A stretch of 64,000 nt of DNA from Candidatus Levyibacteriota bacterium (GTDB lineage Bacteria > Patescibacteriota > Microgenomatia > Levybacterales > GWA1-39-11): contig JBCLLY010000003.1 of the NCBI GenBank assembly GCA_039738415.1, positions 17,084-81,083 on the forward strand, in the 5' to 3' direction. The notes below the pieces were generated by a model, which saw only the letters and a program-made list of their open reading frames with translations, was not told the origin of the DNA and did not search any database. Made by a program: the position numbers and the translations under genes. Positions within the stretch are counted from its first letter, which is position 1. The number at the start of each line of letters is the position of its first letter. Shown in pieces: positions 28,713 through 36,888 of this stretch.

Positions 28713-28953
28713 GAAACAATATTCTAAAGTTAACGCAAAAACGCAAAAAGCATTCGAGGAAAGACTTTTATTATTCAAGCAAAACCCTTTTCATCCAAGA
28801 TTAAATAATCATTCACTGACTGGAAAATTCAATGATTATAGAAGTATCAATATCACTGGAGATATTAGGGCAATTTTTAGGGAAAGTAAAAAGAATGACG
28901 AATTAATTATAGACTTTGAATTCCTCGGGACTCATAGCCAGCTTTATAAATAA
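28684..28953 (+). CDS. RelE/YafQ family mRNA interferase toxin
   Basis: FKKQY...HPRLNNHSLTGKFNDYRSINITGDIRAIF. Start set at ATG 28684 (track start 28666), which overlaps the antitoxin by 29 nt. Confidence 0.82.
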   Translation: MYVNYGRRFKKQYSKVNAKTQKAFEERLLLFKQNPFHPRLNNHSLTGKFNDYRSINITGDIRAIFRESKKNDELIIDFEFLGTHSQLYK

Positions 28954-29934
28954 TTAGTTGTTAAAATATTCCCACACTTTCTCCGAGATATTTGCCTCTA
29001 TTTCTGCTGCGGTTGTTTGGTTATTCGTTTCGGATAAAAGTATTATTATATAGTCGCCGTTTTTACTAAATACTATTCCTGCATCGTGTTTTACAGCTCC
29101 CAACTCTCCTGTTTTATGCGCTATCATTGTCCCTTCCGGTAAATATTTAGGAAGCCGGTCGTTAAAAGTTTGAAGCTTTAAAATCTCAAGCATTTCGGCA
29201 GACACAGACTTGCTTATGATTTCACCCTTATATAATTTTTCAAAATAGCCAAGAATATCACTTGCAGTTGTTGTCAAGGAATTAATAGAGGAATTGTTGA
29301 GTTCATATTTTTTTAGAAAATCTCCAACCTTCCCCCAGCCTATTGTTAGATAAAGGATATGCGCGGAATAATTGTCTGAAATTGTAATCATACGATTTAT
29401 TGCGCCTATTACAGTATTTCCCACAAAACCTTCAGTAAATTCTGCCGATTCTGAGGCTATATCAAGCCTCTCATTTATTGTCCCTGCATCAAAGCCTATG
29501 TTTTGTTCTTTTGAGAGATTTCCTTTTTCTATTTCGTCATATACTGCCCCCATAACCCATAGCTTATAAAGGCTTGCGGTAGGAAATTTTCTATTTTCAT
29601 TATAATAATAGTATTCATTTGTCTTTAGATTTTTTACAGCAACAGCATATGCTCCATTTGTATTTTCAAGTTCTTTTTCAATAATGTTTTCAAGTAGAGC
29701 AGATTTTTGTTGGGGCTGTGTGGAATTTTTTACAAAGTTTTCTATGGGTTTGATAATATTTTTATCCTCATTTTCTGTTTTACCACTTAGAATTGCCCAT
29801 GCGGGGATAGCTAAAAACAAAAGAAGAGGGAGTATTTTAATAAAAGTTTTTTGATTCGAGACGATTAGTCTTTGATATGCAAGTACTGCAATAAATACTA
29901 TTATAATAAGAAAAAATAAATATATATATTCCAC
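28954..29934 (-). CDS. Class A beta-lactamase-like serine hydrolase with membrane anchor
   Basis: SxxK (ASLYK), SDN (ISDNYS) and KTG (HKTGEL) motifs in the canonical order. Confidence 0.8.
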   Translation of the reverse strand: MEYIYLFFLIIIVFIAVLAYQRLIVSNQKTFIKILPLLLFLAIPAWAILSGKTENEDKNIIKPIENFVKNSTQPQQKSALLENIIEKELENTNGAYAVAVKNLKTNEYYYYNENRKFPTASLYKLWVMGAVYDEIEKGNLSKEQNIGFDAGTINERLDIASESAEFTEGFVGNTVIGAINRMITISDNYSAHILYLTIGWGKVGDFLKKYELNNSSINSLTTTASDILGYFEKLYKGEIISKSVSAEMLEILKLQTFNDRLPKYLPEGTMIAHKTGELGAVKHDAGIVFSKNGDYIIILLSETNNQTTAAEIEANISEKVWEYFNN

Positions 29935-30006
29935 GCCTAGATTATACCAAAGTCCTTTTATGGCCTATTTTAAGCTCAAATTTCAATATACGTAATAGTT
30001 TAAAAT

Positions 30007-30118
30007 TTTACTCCGCACCCAAGTAGACCCGCTTCGCTAAAGCGCCAGCGAGGCGAGCCCGCTTCGCGCAAGGGCAAGGATGGCAAGTTGTGAGATCGTG
30101 GGCGGTGCGGGGTTTACC
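30007..30118. repeat. GC-rich hairpin island (TTTACYCCGCACCCAA ... GGGGTTT family), long copy
   Basis: 5' TTTACTCCGCACCC pairs with 3' GGGCGGTGCGGGG. Shares both termini with 33036-33086. Visibly GC-rich against the AT-rich background. Confidence 0.65.
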
Positions 30119-30183
30119 TCATTTACCCCTTGACCCTTCGGCAGGTTCAGGATCTTCGTAGTAATTCAAGCTAAAATTACTAC

Positions 30184-30212
30184 TTGACGTACAAATCAAG
30201 ATATTGTATTAT
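30184..30212 (+). promoter_or_regulatory. tuf promoter
   Basis: TTGACG 30184-30189, 17-nt spacer, TATTAT 30207-30212. Confidence 0.65.
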
Positions 30213-30255
30213 TCATTCACACCTTTTTTAACGGGTGTTTTATTTTTTAAAAAAT

Positions 30256-31443
30256 ATGGCAACAGCAAAATTTGACAGAACAAAGCCGCACGTAAATATT
30301 GGAACCATTGGTCACGTTGATCACGGTAAAACAACTTTAACAGCAGCTATCGCAACCGTTTTATCCAAACAGGGTGGCGGTAAGGCAATGAAATATGAAG
30401 ATATTGATAATGCTCCTGAAGAAAAAGCAAGAGGAGTTACTATTAATATTTCTCACATCGAATACGAAACGGCAAATAGGCATTATGCACATATTGACGC
30501 TCCGGGACATGCAGATTATATAAAAAACATGATTACCGGTGCCGCTCAAATGGACGGTGCAATTCTTGTAGTATCAGCTCCTGACGGTCCTATGCCTCAA
30601 ACCCGGGAACATATTCTACTTGCACGCCAAGTTGGAGTACCCAAGATTATAGTTTTTCTTAATAAAATTGACATGGTTGACGATGCGGAGCTTATTGAGC
30701 TTGTGGAGATGGAAATCCGTGAGCTTTTAACAAAATATCAATATCCCGGAGCAGAAACACCCATCATAAGAGGCTCAGCTCTTAAAGCACTTGAGGGTGA
30801 TCCTGAGGCTGAAAAAGCAATCCATGAGTTAATGAATAAAATTGATGAATATATCCCAACACCAGAAAGGTCAATTGATAAGCCTCTTCTTATGCCTGTT
30901 GAAGACGTTTTCTCTATTAAAGGAAGAGGAACTGTAGTAACCGGAAGAATTGAGCGCGGAATGGTTAAGGTTAATGAGGAAGTTGAAATTGTAGGAATCC
31001 ATGAAAAGTCTACAAAAACAATTGTTACCGGAATTGAGATGTTTCGAAAAAGCCTAGATGAGGGGCAAGCAGGAGACAATGCAGGACTGCTCCTAAGAGG
31101 CGTTGAGAAAGATGATGTAGAGCGCGGACAGGTTATCGCAAAACCAGGAAGCATTACTCCACACACTGATTTTGAAGCTGAAGTTTATATTCTTACAAAA
31201 GAAGAGGGTGGACGTCATACTCCTTTTTTCTCAGGATACCGACCACAATTTTATATTAGAACTACAGATGTAACAGGAGAAATCAAGCTTCAAACAGGCG
31301 TTGAGATGGTTATGCCTGGAGACAATGCAAAAATGAATGTTTCATTAATTGTTCCAGTAGCTATGGAAGACGGAATGAGATTTGCTATCAGGGAGGGTGG
31401 AAGAACCGTCGGAGCAGGAGTAGTTGTTAAGATTACGAAGTAG
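30256..31443 (+). CDS. tuf: Elongation factor Tu
   Basis: [40 protein letters not shown]. Start set at ATG 30256 (track start 30235). Confidence 0.97.
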   Translation: MATAKFDRTKPHVNIGTIGHVDHGKTTLTAAIATVLSKQGGGKAMKYEDIDNAPEEKARGVTINISHIEYETANRHYAHIDAPGHADYIKNMITGAAQMDGAILVVSAPDGPMPQTREHILLARQVGVPKIIVFLNKIDMVDDAELIELVEMEIRELLTKYQYPGAETPIIRGSALKALEGDPEAEKAIHELMNKIDEYIPTPERSIDKPLLMPVEDVFSIKGRGTVVTGRIERGMVKVNEEVEIVGIHEKSTKTIVTGIEMFRKSLDEGQAGDNAGLLLRGVEKDDVERGQVIAKPGSITPHTDFEAEVYILTKEEGGRHTPFFSGYRPQFYIRTTDVTGEIKLQTGVEMVMPGDNAKMNVSLIVPVAMEDGMRFAIREGGRTVGAGVVVKITK

Positions 31444-31451
31444 GTTTACTT

Positions 31452-31480
31452 TGTCATCGTCATCCCGATTAAATCGGGAT
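31452..31480. repeat. Single-arm relic of the TGTCAT hairpin family
   Basis: TGTCATCGTCATCCCGAT-TAA-ATCGGGAT; palindrome 31462-31469 with 31473-31480. Confidence 0.5.
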
Positions 31481-31520
31481 CTCGCACATTTTAAAATTAA
31501 GTTTTAGACAAAAGTATTGA

Positions 31521-31547
31521 GCCTGCTTAAGATAAGCAGGTTTTTTT
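31521..31547 (+). terminator. Rho-independent terminator-like hairpin between tuf and rpsJ
   Basis: CCTGCTTA (31522-31529) pairs with TAAGCAGG (31533-31540), followed by T7. Confidence 0.7.
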
Positions 31548-31564
31548 GTTAAAATAAGGTAAAT

Positions 31565-31873
31565 ATGCCAAAAGGAAGAATTAGAGTAAAGTTAAAAAGC
31601 TATGATTCTAGGATTATAGATAGTACGTGTCAGCAGATTATAGACACGGCGCTTCGTACTGGCGCAAAAGTTATAGGTCCGATTCCGCTTCCAAGTATCC
31701 GCGTTTCATTTGTAGTAAATAAATCTCCATTTATCGACAAAGACGCTAGAGATCATTTTGAACTCAAAACACATAAGCGGTTGATTGACATAGAGTCTCC
31801 TACAGAGTCGACCATCGAAAATCTCATTCACCTCGACCTCCCCACAGGGGTCAATGTTGAGATAAAGATGTAA
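31565..31873 (+). CDS. rpsJ: 30S ribosomal protein S10
   Basis: IRVKLKSYD...GPIPLP...THKRLIDI. Follows tuf. Confidence 0.96.
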   Translation: MPKGRIRVKLKSYDSRIIDSTCQQIIDTALRTGAKVIGPIPLPSIRVSFVVNKSPFIDKDARDHFELKTHKRLIDIESPTESTIENLIHLDLPTGVNVEIKM

Positions 31874-31876
31874 AGC
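31857..31876 (+). repeat. Direct repeat copy A (the authentic rpsJ 3' end)
   Basis: TTGAGATAAAGATGTAAAGC is 19/20 identical to 33110-33129. Each copy is followed by a TTCG-loop hairpin. Confidence 0.8.
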
Positions 31877-31977
31877 CACTTCGTGGAAATTCTAAATTCT
31901 AATTCCGAAATCCGAAACAACTTTCAACTTCCAAATTTTAAAACACTTATTTTGCCGCATTTAAATTAAGAAGCTAT

Positions 31978-32019
31978 ATTTTGCAATATAATGAAGCATC
32001 TTGCAGTATATTGCAAAAT
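31978..32019 (+). promoter_or_regulatory. Perfect 12-bp inverted repeat upstream of the Fic gene (candidate operator)
   Basis: ATTTTGCAATAT (31978-31989) and ATATTGCAAAAT (32008-32019), 18 nt apart, ending 11 nt before ATG 32031. Confidence 0.55.
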
Positions 32020-32030
32020 TTTGAAAGATA

Positions 32031-33017
32031 ATGTACAGTATTTTTGTGATAGAGGATTACTTTTATAAAACCAATTCGCATATTCAAGAGTACGCATATC
32101 GTATAAAAACATATAAGTCTCTTTTTGAAAAATTGCCTAGATTACCCCAAATTCAGGAAAATTTACTTAGAAAATCTGCATTAAAAAGTTCGTTATTTTC
32201 AGCAAGAATTGAGGGCAATAGTCTTGAATTAAGCGAAATTGAATTAGGGTTTTCCACTACCAGCGAAAAAAAGGAGGTAGAACAAATATTTTCGACCTTA
32301 AAATATGTGCGAAGTTTGAATACTGCTTTATCCAAGGAAATTGTTTGGGAAATTCATAGTCGAATAATGGATGGTTTGACAAGTGATTTAGGTAAGTTTA
32401 GATCCGAACAAACTGCAATATTTAATACAGCAGGTGTTGCAGTTTATCTACCTCCCCCACCTCAAAAAATAGCCGGATTGCTTCAGAATTTTCTGGAATA
32501 TACAAATGACTCGACCGATGATCTTACAAAAATTGCAATTGCGCACCTTGCTTTCGAAAAAATCCATCCATTTTTTGATGGAAACGGAAGAGTTGGAAGG
32601 ATTCTTATGAATTGGCATTTATCGCACTTAGGATATGGATTTGCGGGACTTATGTCTTTTGAGGAATATTTGGAAAACAATCGAGAGCAATATTACAACG
32701 GATTATCACTGAAAGGGAAAGATATTACACAGTTTGTCGAGTTTATTTTAGAAGCTATAGCTATAAGTAGTGAAAAAGTAATTCTTGAATTGCAAGAAAA
32801 AAAGGAAGAGAAAATTGAAGACTTTCTTCTTCCAAGAAGAACAGAGATCTTGTTAATAGTTAGAGAACATACCATGATGAGTTTTGACCAGATAAAAAGG
32901 AGGTTTATGGGTGTTAATACGCGTACATTACATTATGATTTGGAATATCTTATGAAAAAGAACCTAATTAAAAAATTGGGAAGCACAAATAGAGCTCTCT
33001 ACTCGCCTGTTGAGTAA
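32031..33017 (+). CDS. Fic family protein (AMPylase-type) with N-terminal inhibitory motif and C-terminal wHTH
   Basis: Fic core HPFFDGNGRVGR. SARIEGN matches the (S/T)xxxE(G/N) inhibitory helix. Confidence 0.9.
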   Translation: MYSIFVIEDYFYKTNSHIQEYAYRIKTYKSLFEKLPRLPQIQENLLRKSALKSSLFSARIEGNSLELSEIELGFSTTSEKKEVEQIFSTLKYVRSLNTALSKEIVWEIHSRIMDGLTSDLGKFRSEQTAIFNTAGVAVYLPPPPQKIAGLLQNFLEYTNDSTDDLTKIAIAHLAFEKIHPFFDGNGRVGRILMNWHLSHLGYGFAGLMSFEEYLENNREQYYNGLSLKGKDITQFVEFILEAIAISSEKVILELQEKKEEKIEDFLLPRRTEILLIVREHTMMSFDQIKRRFMGVNTRTLHYDLEYLMKKNLIKKLGSTNRALYSPVE

Positions 33018-33035
33018 TTTAGTTTTAAGTTGAAA

Positions 33036-33086
33036 TTTACCCCGCACCCAATGCTACGTTTGTTAGGTCGTGGGTGAGGGGTTTCC
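33036..33086. repeat. GC-rich hairpin island (TTTACYCCGCACCCAA ... GGGGTTT family), short copy
   Basis: ACCCCGCACCCA pairs with TGGGTGAGGGGT (one mismatch). Same termini as 30007-30118. Confidence 0.65.
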
Positions 33087-33109
33087 TGTTTTGCATTTGA
33101 AACAAAATT

Positions 33110-33129
33110 TTGAGATTAAGATGTAAAGC
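33110..33129 (+). pseudogene. Relic of an rpsJ 3' end (direct repeat copy B)
   Basis: TTGAGATTAAGATGTAAAGC reads (F)EIKM-stop versus the authentic (V)EIKM-stop. The only difference within the 20 nt is a synonymous Ile codon (ATA/ATT). Confidence 0.65.
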
Positions 33130-33306
33130 TTGCTTCGCAAGAAGTTTCAAGAACCAAATTCCAAGTTCCAAGAACTTATTTTCACCTTGAATTTGAATTA
33201 GCTTCATTTTTTTGTATCCATGGACTAGTCAATGGTGCTAAGTAAACGAATTAACCACTTCGTTGATTTAAATCATCGAAGCAAAGACACGCTGGTTGTT
33301 TTCTTA

Positions 33307-33849
33307 TTATGAGTTTGAACCTTCTGGTAGTTCAGGATTGGGAGCCTCAAGGATAGAGTAGGGTTTTTCTCTCACATAAATTTCCCACCAATGATTCATA
33401 ATTTGATACGGATTTTCTTCTTTGACAAACTCGGATCCGGACGAAATACCTCCTTGAATCACAAATAGTTCAATACCTTCAGGCAGTCTAGCACTTATTT
33501 TTGCCATATCTTGCTCAGTTAGAGGGGCCTGCATATTTTGAGAGCCAAACCCTTCTGGTTGGGTTGAATAAAAGTACGCCCATTCATCTGGATTTAGTCC
33601 TAGTTGCTCTAAGCGCTTTTTTCTTAGGTTATTAACAATGACTGCTTTCTCTCTTTCCTCAGTGTTTTTATTGGGATTTTTAAAGTCTTGGATATCCCTT
33701 ATACGTCTCATGGTTTCCCCTGGCTGTGTTTGAGGGTTAATTTCTTGATATTGCCTAGCCATTTCCATCCATCGCTTTTTTGATGGTAATTTTTCTTTTC
33801 TTTCTTTTGTCGTGGGATGAAAATTTTCCATCGAATTTTCTTCTGTCAT
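33307..33849 (-). CDS. Hypothetical protein (no recognisable family)
   Basis: 180-codon ORF with an ATG start, charged N-terminal half. Lies between the rpsJ relic and the rplC promoter. Confidence 0.5.
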   Translation of the reverse strand: MTEENSMENFHPTTKERKEKLPSKKRWMEMARQYQEINPQTQPGETMRRIRDIQDFKNPNKNTEEREKAVIVNNLRKKRLEQLGLNPDEWAYFYSTQPEGFGSQNMQAPLTEQDMAKISARLPEGIELFVIQGGISSGSEFVKEENPYQIMNHWWEIYVREKPYSILEAPNPELPEGSNS

Positions 33850-33886
33850 CTTATGATTATACCAAAACGCTTGTAGGCTTTTTCTC

Positions 33887-33915
33887 TTGCATTTGAAGCT
33901 CGGGCGCGATATAAT
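33887..33915 (+). promoter_or_regulatory. Promoter for the rplC-led ribosomal operon
   Basis: TTGCAT 33887-33892, 17-nt spacer, TATAAT 33910-33915. Confidence 0.65.
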
Positions 33916-34001
33916 AATCGTTGGTGATTATGACCTATACTTTGGAGGTGAATTTTGCTACATAAGTATTGAGTTAAGCTTATTTTAAGCTTGAACTAAA
34001 A

Positions 34002-34026
34002 CGACTGTGCAGCAGCCGTTTTTTTT
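34002..34026 (+). terminator. Leader hairpin plus U-tract upstream of rplC (attenuator-like)
   Basis: CGACTG-TGCAG-CAGCCG (5 of 6 pairs) followed by T8. Sits between the promoter and SD AGAGGG/ATG 34044. Confidence 0.45.
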
Positions 34027-34043
34027 GTTTAAAGAGGGTTTTT

Positions 34044-35000
34044 ATGAATATATCAGCAGTTTTTGGAAAAAAAATAGAACAGACACAAGCGTTTTTAGAA
34101 GACGGAACTAGAGTTCCGTTAACTCGTGTGTTTGTGGGAGAAAATTATATAAGCCAAATTAAAAGCACAGAAAAAGAAGGATATATGGCAGTCCAAGTAG
34201 CATTTGGTAAAAGAAATAAAATTTCAAAACCATTAACCGGTCACCTAAAAAAAGCGGGGTTAAAAAATACACCTCGCTTTTTACGCGAAATAAGGGTAGA
34301 TGCGTTAGATGGGCTTGAGGCTGGTTTGACCATTACTCCGGAGGAAGTACTAAAAGCAGGAGACAAGATAGACGTAGTTGGAGTAAGTAAAGGAAAAGGA
34401 TTTGCAGGAGTTGTTAAGCGATGGGGATTTCACGGAGGACCTAAAACTCATGGTCAGTCCGACCGCCACCGAGCTCCAGGATCTATCGGTCAGGGTACAA
34501 CACCAGGACGCGTATATAGAGGTAAAAAGATGGCAGGACGCATGGGAAGTGATAGGGTGACAATTAAAAATCTAGAAATAGCTGATGTAAGAGATGGAGA
34601 AGTTCTGATAAAAGGTCTTATTCCTGGTCCAAAGGGTGGAGTTATTATGATCACAAAAATAGGCGAGAAGAAAAAATTTATACCTTTATTTTCGGTTTCT
34701 GCTGAGGAAAAAATTGTTGCAGAAGCAGTTCAAGCGGAAGAACCTAAAGTAGAAGAAGTAATTGAAATGAAAAGCACAGAAACAGTTGCCCAGGTAAAGG
34801 TTGACACTGCAGCGCAAGACGTAAAAGCTGATACAAATGAGGAAAAAGTTGAGGATTTAGCAGATGAAGAGAATGGATCTGAGGACGTTAATGTTTTAGA
34901 TGCAAAGATTCAAGACGAGGAATTAGTAGAAGAAAAAACAGAAGTTGATAGTAGCCTTGAAACAAAAAAAGAAGATAAAAAAGAGGAGGAGGAAAAATAA
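34044..35000 (+). CDS. rplC: 50S ribosomal protein L3 with ~105-aa acidic C-terminal extension
   Basis: GFAGVVKRWGFHGGPKTHGQSDRHRAPGSIG core; E/D/K-rich tail from about residue 210. Confidence 0.95.
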   Translation: MNISAVFGKKIEQTQAFLEDGTRVPLTRVFVGENYISQIKSTEKEGYMAVQVAFGKRNKISKPLTGHLKKAGLKNTPRFLREIRVDALDGLEAGLTITPEEVLKAGDKIDVVGVSKGKGFAGVVKRWGFHGGPKTHGQSDRHRAPGSIGQGTTPGRVYRGKKMAGRMGSDRVTIKNLEIADVRDGEVLIKGLIPGPKGGVIMITKIGEKKKFIPLFSVSAEEKIVAEAVQAEEPKVEEVIEMKSTETVAQVKVDTAAQDVKADTNEEKVEDLADEENGSEDVNVLDAKIQDEELVEEKTEVDSSLETKKEDKKEEEEK

Positions 35001-35065
35001 TTTATAATTTTCAATTTGCAATTTTTAATCAAATTAAAATACTTAAATCTTAAAACTCTAAAAAT

Positions 35066-35842
35066 ATGCCAACTATAAAAGCAAAAAAACCAACAATTAA
35101 AAAAGAAACAACAGTTAAAAAGACTGTTGTAAAAAAGATTGAGGTTAAAGAAGATGTTAAAAAGGCTCAGGGCAAAGTTGTTAAAAATACTGCAGATTCA
35201 AAAGTTACAGCGCCAAGCTTTGATCTAACCGGAAAAAGGAAAGGAAGCGTTAGTTTACCTCAAGAACTTTTTGGAGGAAAAATAAATGAACAGCTTATGA
35301 CACAAGCCGTTCGCGTATATCTTGCAAATCAAAGACAGGGAACAGCAAGTACAAAAACAAGAAGTGAAGTAACCGGATCTAGAAGAAAGGTCTGGAGACA
35401 AAAAGGAACAGGACGCGCAAGACATGGATCCATAACAGGCCCTATTTTTGTGGGTGGAGGTATCGTTCATGGTCCTAAGCCAAGAGATTTTGGGCTAAAA
35501 ATGCCAAAGAAAATGAAACTACAGGCTTTAGTTAGTGCGTTAACTGAGAAGAGCAGTGAAAATATGGTTTATATACTTGACGGAAAATTGAGCGGTAAAT
35601 CTAAAGAATTTGCAACTATTGTAAAAACAGTAGTTGCTTCTGATAAAAAGAAAAAACCATCGATATTATTTGTAAGAAATAATGAAGACAAACAGGCTCT
35701 GCTTGCTTCAAGAAACGTAGAAAAAATAGTTACTGTAACAGGCTCCGATATCAACACTTATGGAGTTATGAGAAGTAGTGCTATTTTGATTTCAAAAGAT
35801 GCAATTGAGGAAATGAAAAAAACTTTTATAAAAACATTATGA
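35066..35842 (+). CDS. rplD: 50S ribosomal protein L4 with Lys-rich N-terminal extension
   Basis: KGTGRARHGS motif; synteny. Confidence 0.94.
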   Translation: MPTIKAKKPTIKKETTVKKTVVKKIEVKEDVKKAQGKVVKNTADSKVTAPSFDLTGKRKGSVSLPQELFGGKINEQLMTQAVRVYLANQRQGTASTKTRSEVTGSRRKVWRQKGTGRARHGSITGPIFVGGGIVHGPKPRDFGLKMPKKMKLQALVSALTEKSSENMVYILDGKLSGKSKEFATIVKTVVASDKKKKPSILFVRNNEDKQALLASRNVEKIVTVTGSDINTYGVMRSSAILISKDAIEEMKKTFIKTL

Positions 35843-36144
35843 AACAAGCATACGAAATAGTTATTAGACCGATTATAAGCGAGCAATCCTTAAGAGAGGC
35901 TGAAGGTGGTCGTTATAGTTTTATTGTAGATAAATCAAGCTCAAAAGTGGAAATAAGAAAAGCAATTGAAAGCATGTTTAACGTTTCAGTTACAAAAGTG
36001 ATGACAAATATCGTAAAGGGTAATAAAACAAAACTTACAAAAAAAAGAAAAATAGTATCAGATGCAGCTTATAAAAAAGCAAGAGTAAACCTTAAAAAAG
36101 GCGAGAAGATTGATATTTTTGACGAACATATCGAAGGAAAATAA
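35839..36144 (+). CDS. rplW: 50S ribosomal protein L23
   Basis: Synteny; YSFIVDKSSSKVEIRKAIE. Confidence 0.93.
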   Translation: MKQAYEIVIRPIISEQSLREAEGGRYSFIVDKSSSKVEIRKAIESMFNVSVTKVMTNIVKGNKTKLTKKRKIVSDAAYKKARVNLKKGEKIDIFDEHIEGK

Positions 36145-36147
36145 ATT

Positions 36148-36885
36148 ATGAGACAATTAAAAACAATATTAAAAAAGAACTCAGGAAGAGATAATACTGG
36201 AAAAGTAGCGGTAAGACACCAAGGCGGACGTCATAAGAGATTTTATAGAGAGATCGATTTCAAAAGGGATAAGCTTGGTGTTGAGGGTAAAGTAGTTGGT
36301 ATTGAATACGACCCAAACCGTTCTGCGGAAATTCTTTTAGTACAATATGCAGATGGAGACAAGAGATATATTCTTCGTCCTTTAGGACTTAATATCGGGG
36401 ATAAGGTTGTGGCCGGAGAAAGCTCTGATATAAAGACGGGAAACGCATTGCCAATAATGCTTATACCTGTAGGTTCTTCAGTTCATAATATCGAATTAAC
36501 AAAAGGAAAAGGTGGTCAGATAGCACGTTCTGCCGGAAATCAAGCATTTATCGTAGCACGGGAGGAAAGATATGTACACGTAAAGATGCCATCAGGAGAG
36601 GTAAGGCGCGTTTTTGGGGAAAATTATGCTACAATTGGCAGACTTTCCCTCATAGAGTGGAAAGATAGGGTTTTGGGAAAAGCGGGTGCATCAAGACATA
36701 TTGGACGCAGACCCACCGTTCGTGGAGTTGCAATGGATCCCGGATCTCATCCTCATGGAGGAGGAGAGGGAAGAACAGGGATTGGACTTAAGTACCCCAA
36801 GACTTATACAGGAAGAAGAGCAGTTGGTAAAACAAGAGTTAAAAAGAAATATTCAGATAAATATATTATAAATAGGAGAAAATAA
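36148..36885 (+). CDS. rplB: 50S ribosomal protein L2 (short N-terminus)
   Basis: GVAMDPGSHPHGGGEGR motif; 245 aa. Confidence 0.95.
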   Translation: MRQLKTILKKNSGRDNTGKVAVRHQGGRHKRFYREIDFKRDKLGVEGKVVGIEYDPNRSAEILLVQYADGDKRYILRPLGLNIGDKVVAGESSDIKTGNALPIMLIPVGSSVHNIELTKGKGGQIARSAGNQAFIVAREERYVHVKMPSGEVRRVFGENYATIGRLSLIEWKDRVLGKAGASRHIGRRPTVRGVAMDPGSHPHGGGEGRTGIGLKYPKTYTGRRAVGKTRVKKKYSDKYIINRRK

Positions 36886-36888
36886 AAT

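Noticed and set aside
30119-30183. A search for tRNA genes upstream of tuf, by analogy with the tRNA-tufB arrangement.
   Set aside because: No acceptor/T-arm pairing or GTTCGAATC-like T-loop could be folded. The region is part of the GC-rich hairpin island and the promoter.
30738-31166. 142-aa minus-strand ORF inside tuf.
   Set aside because: Antisense to one of the most conserved genes; a typical shadow ORF.
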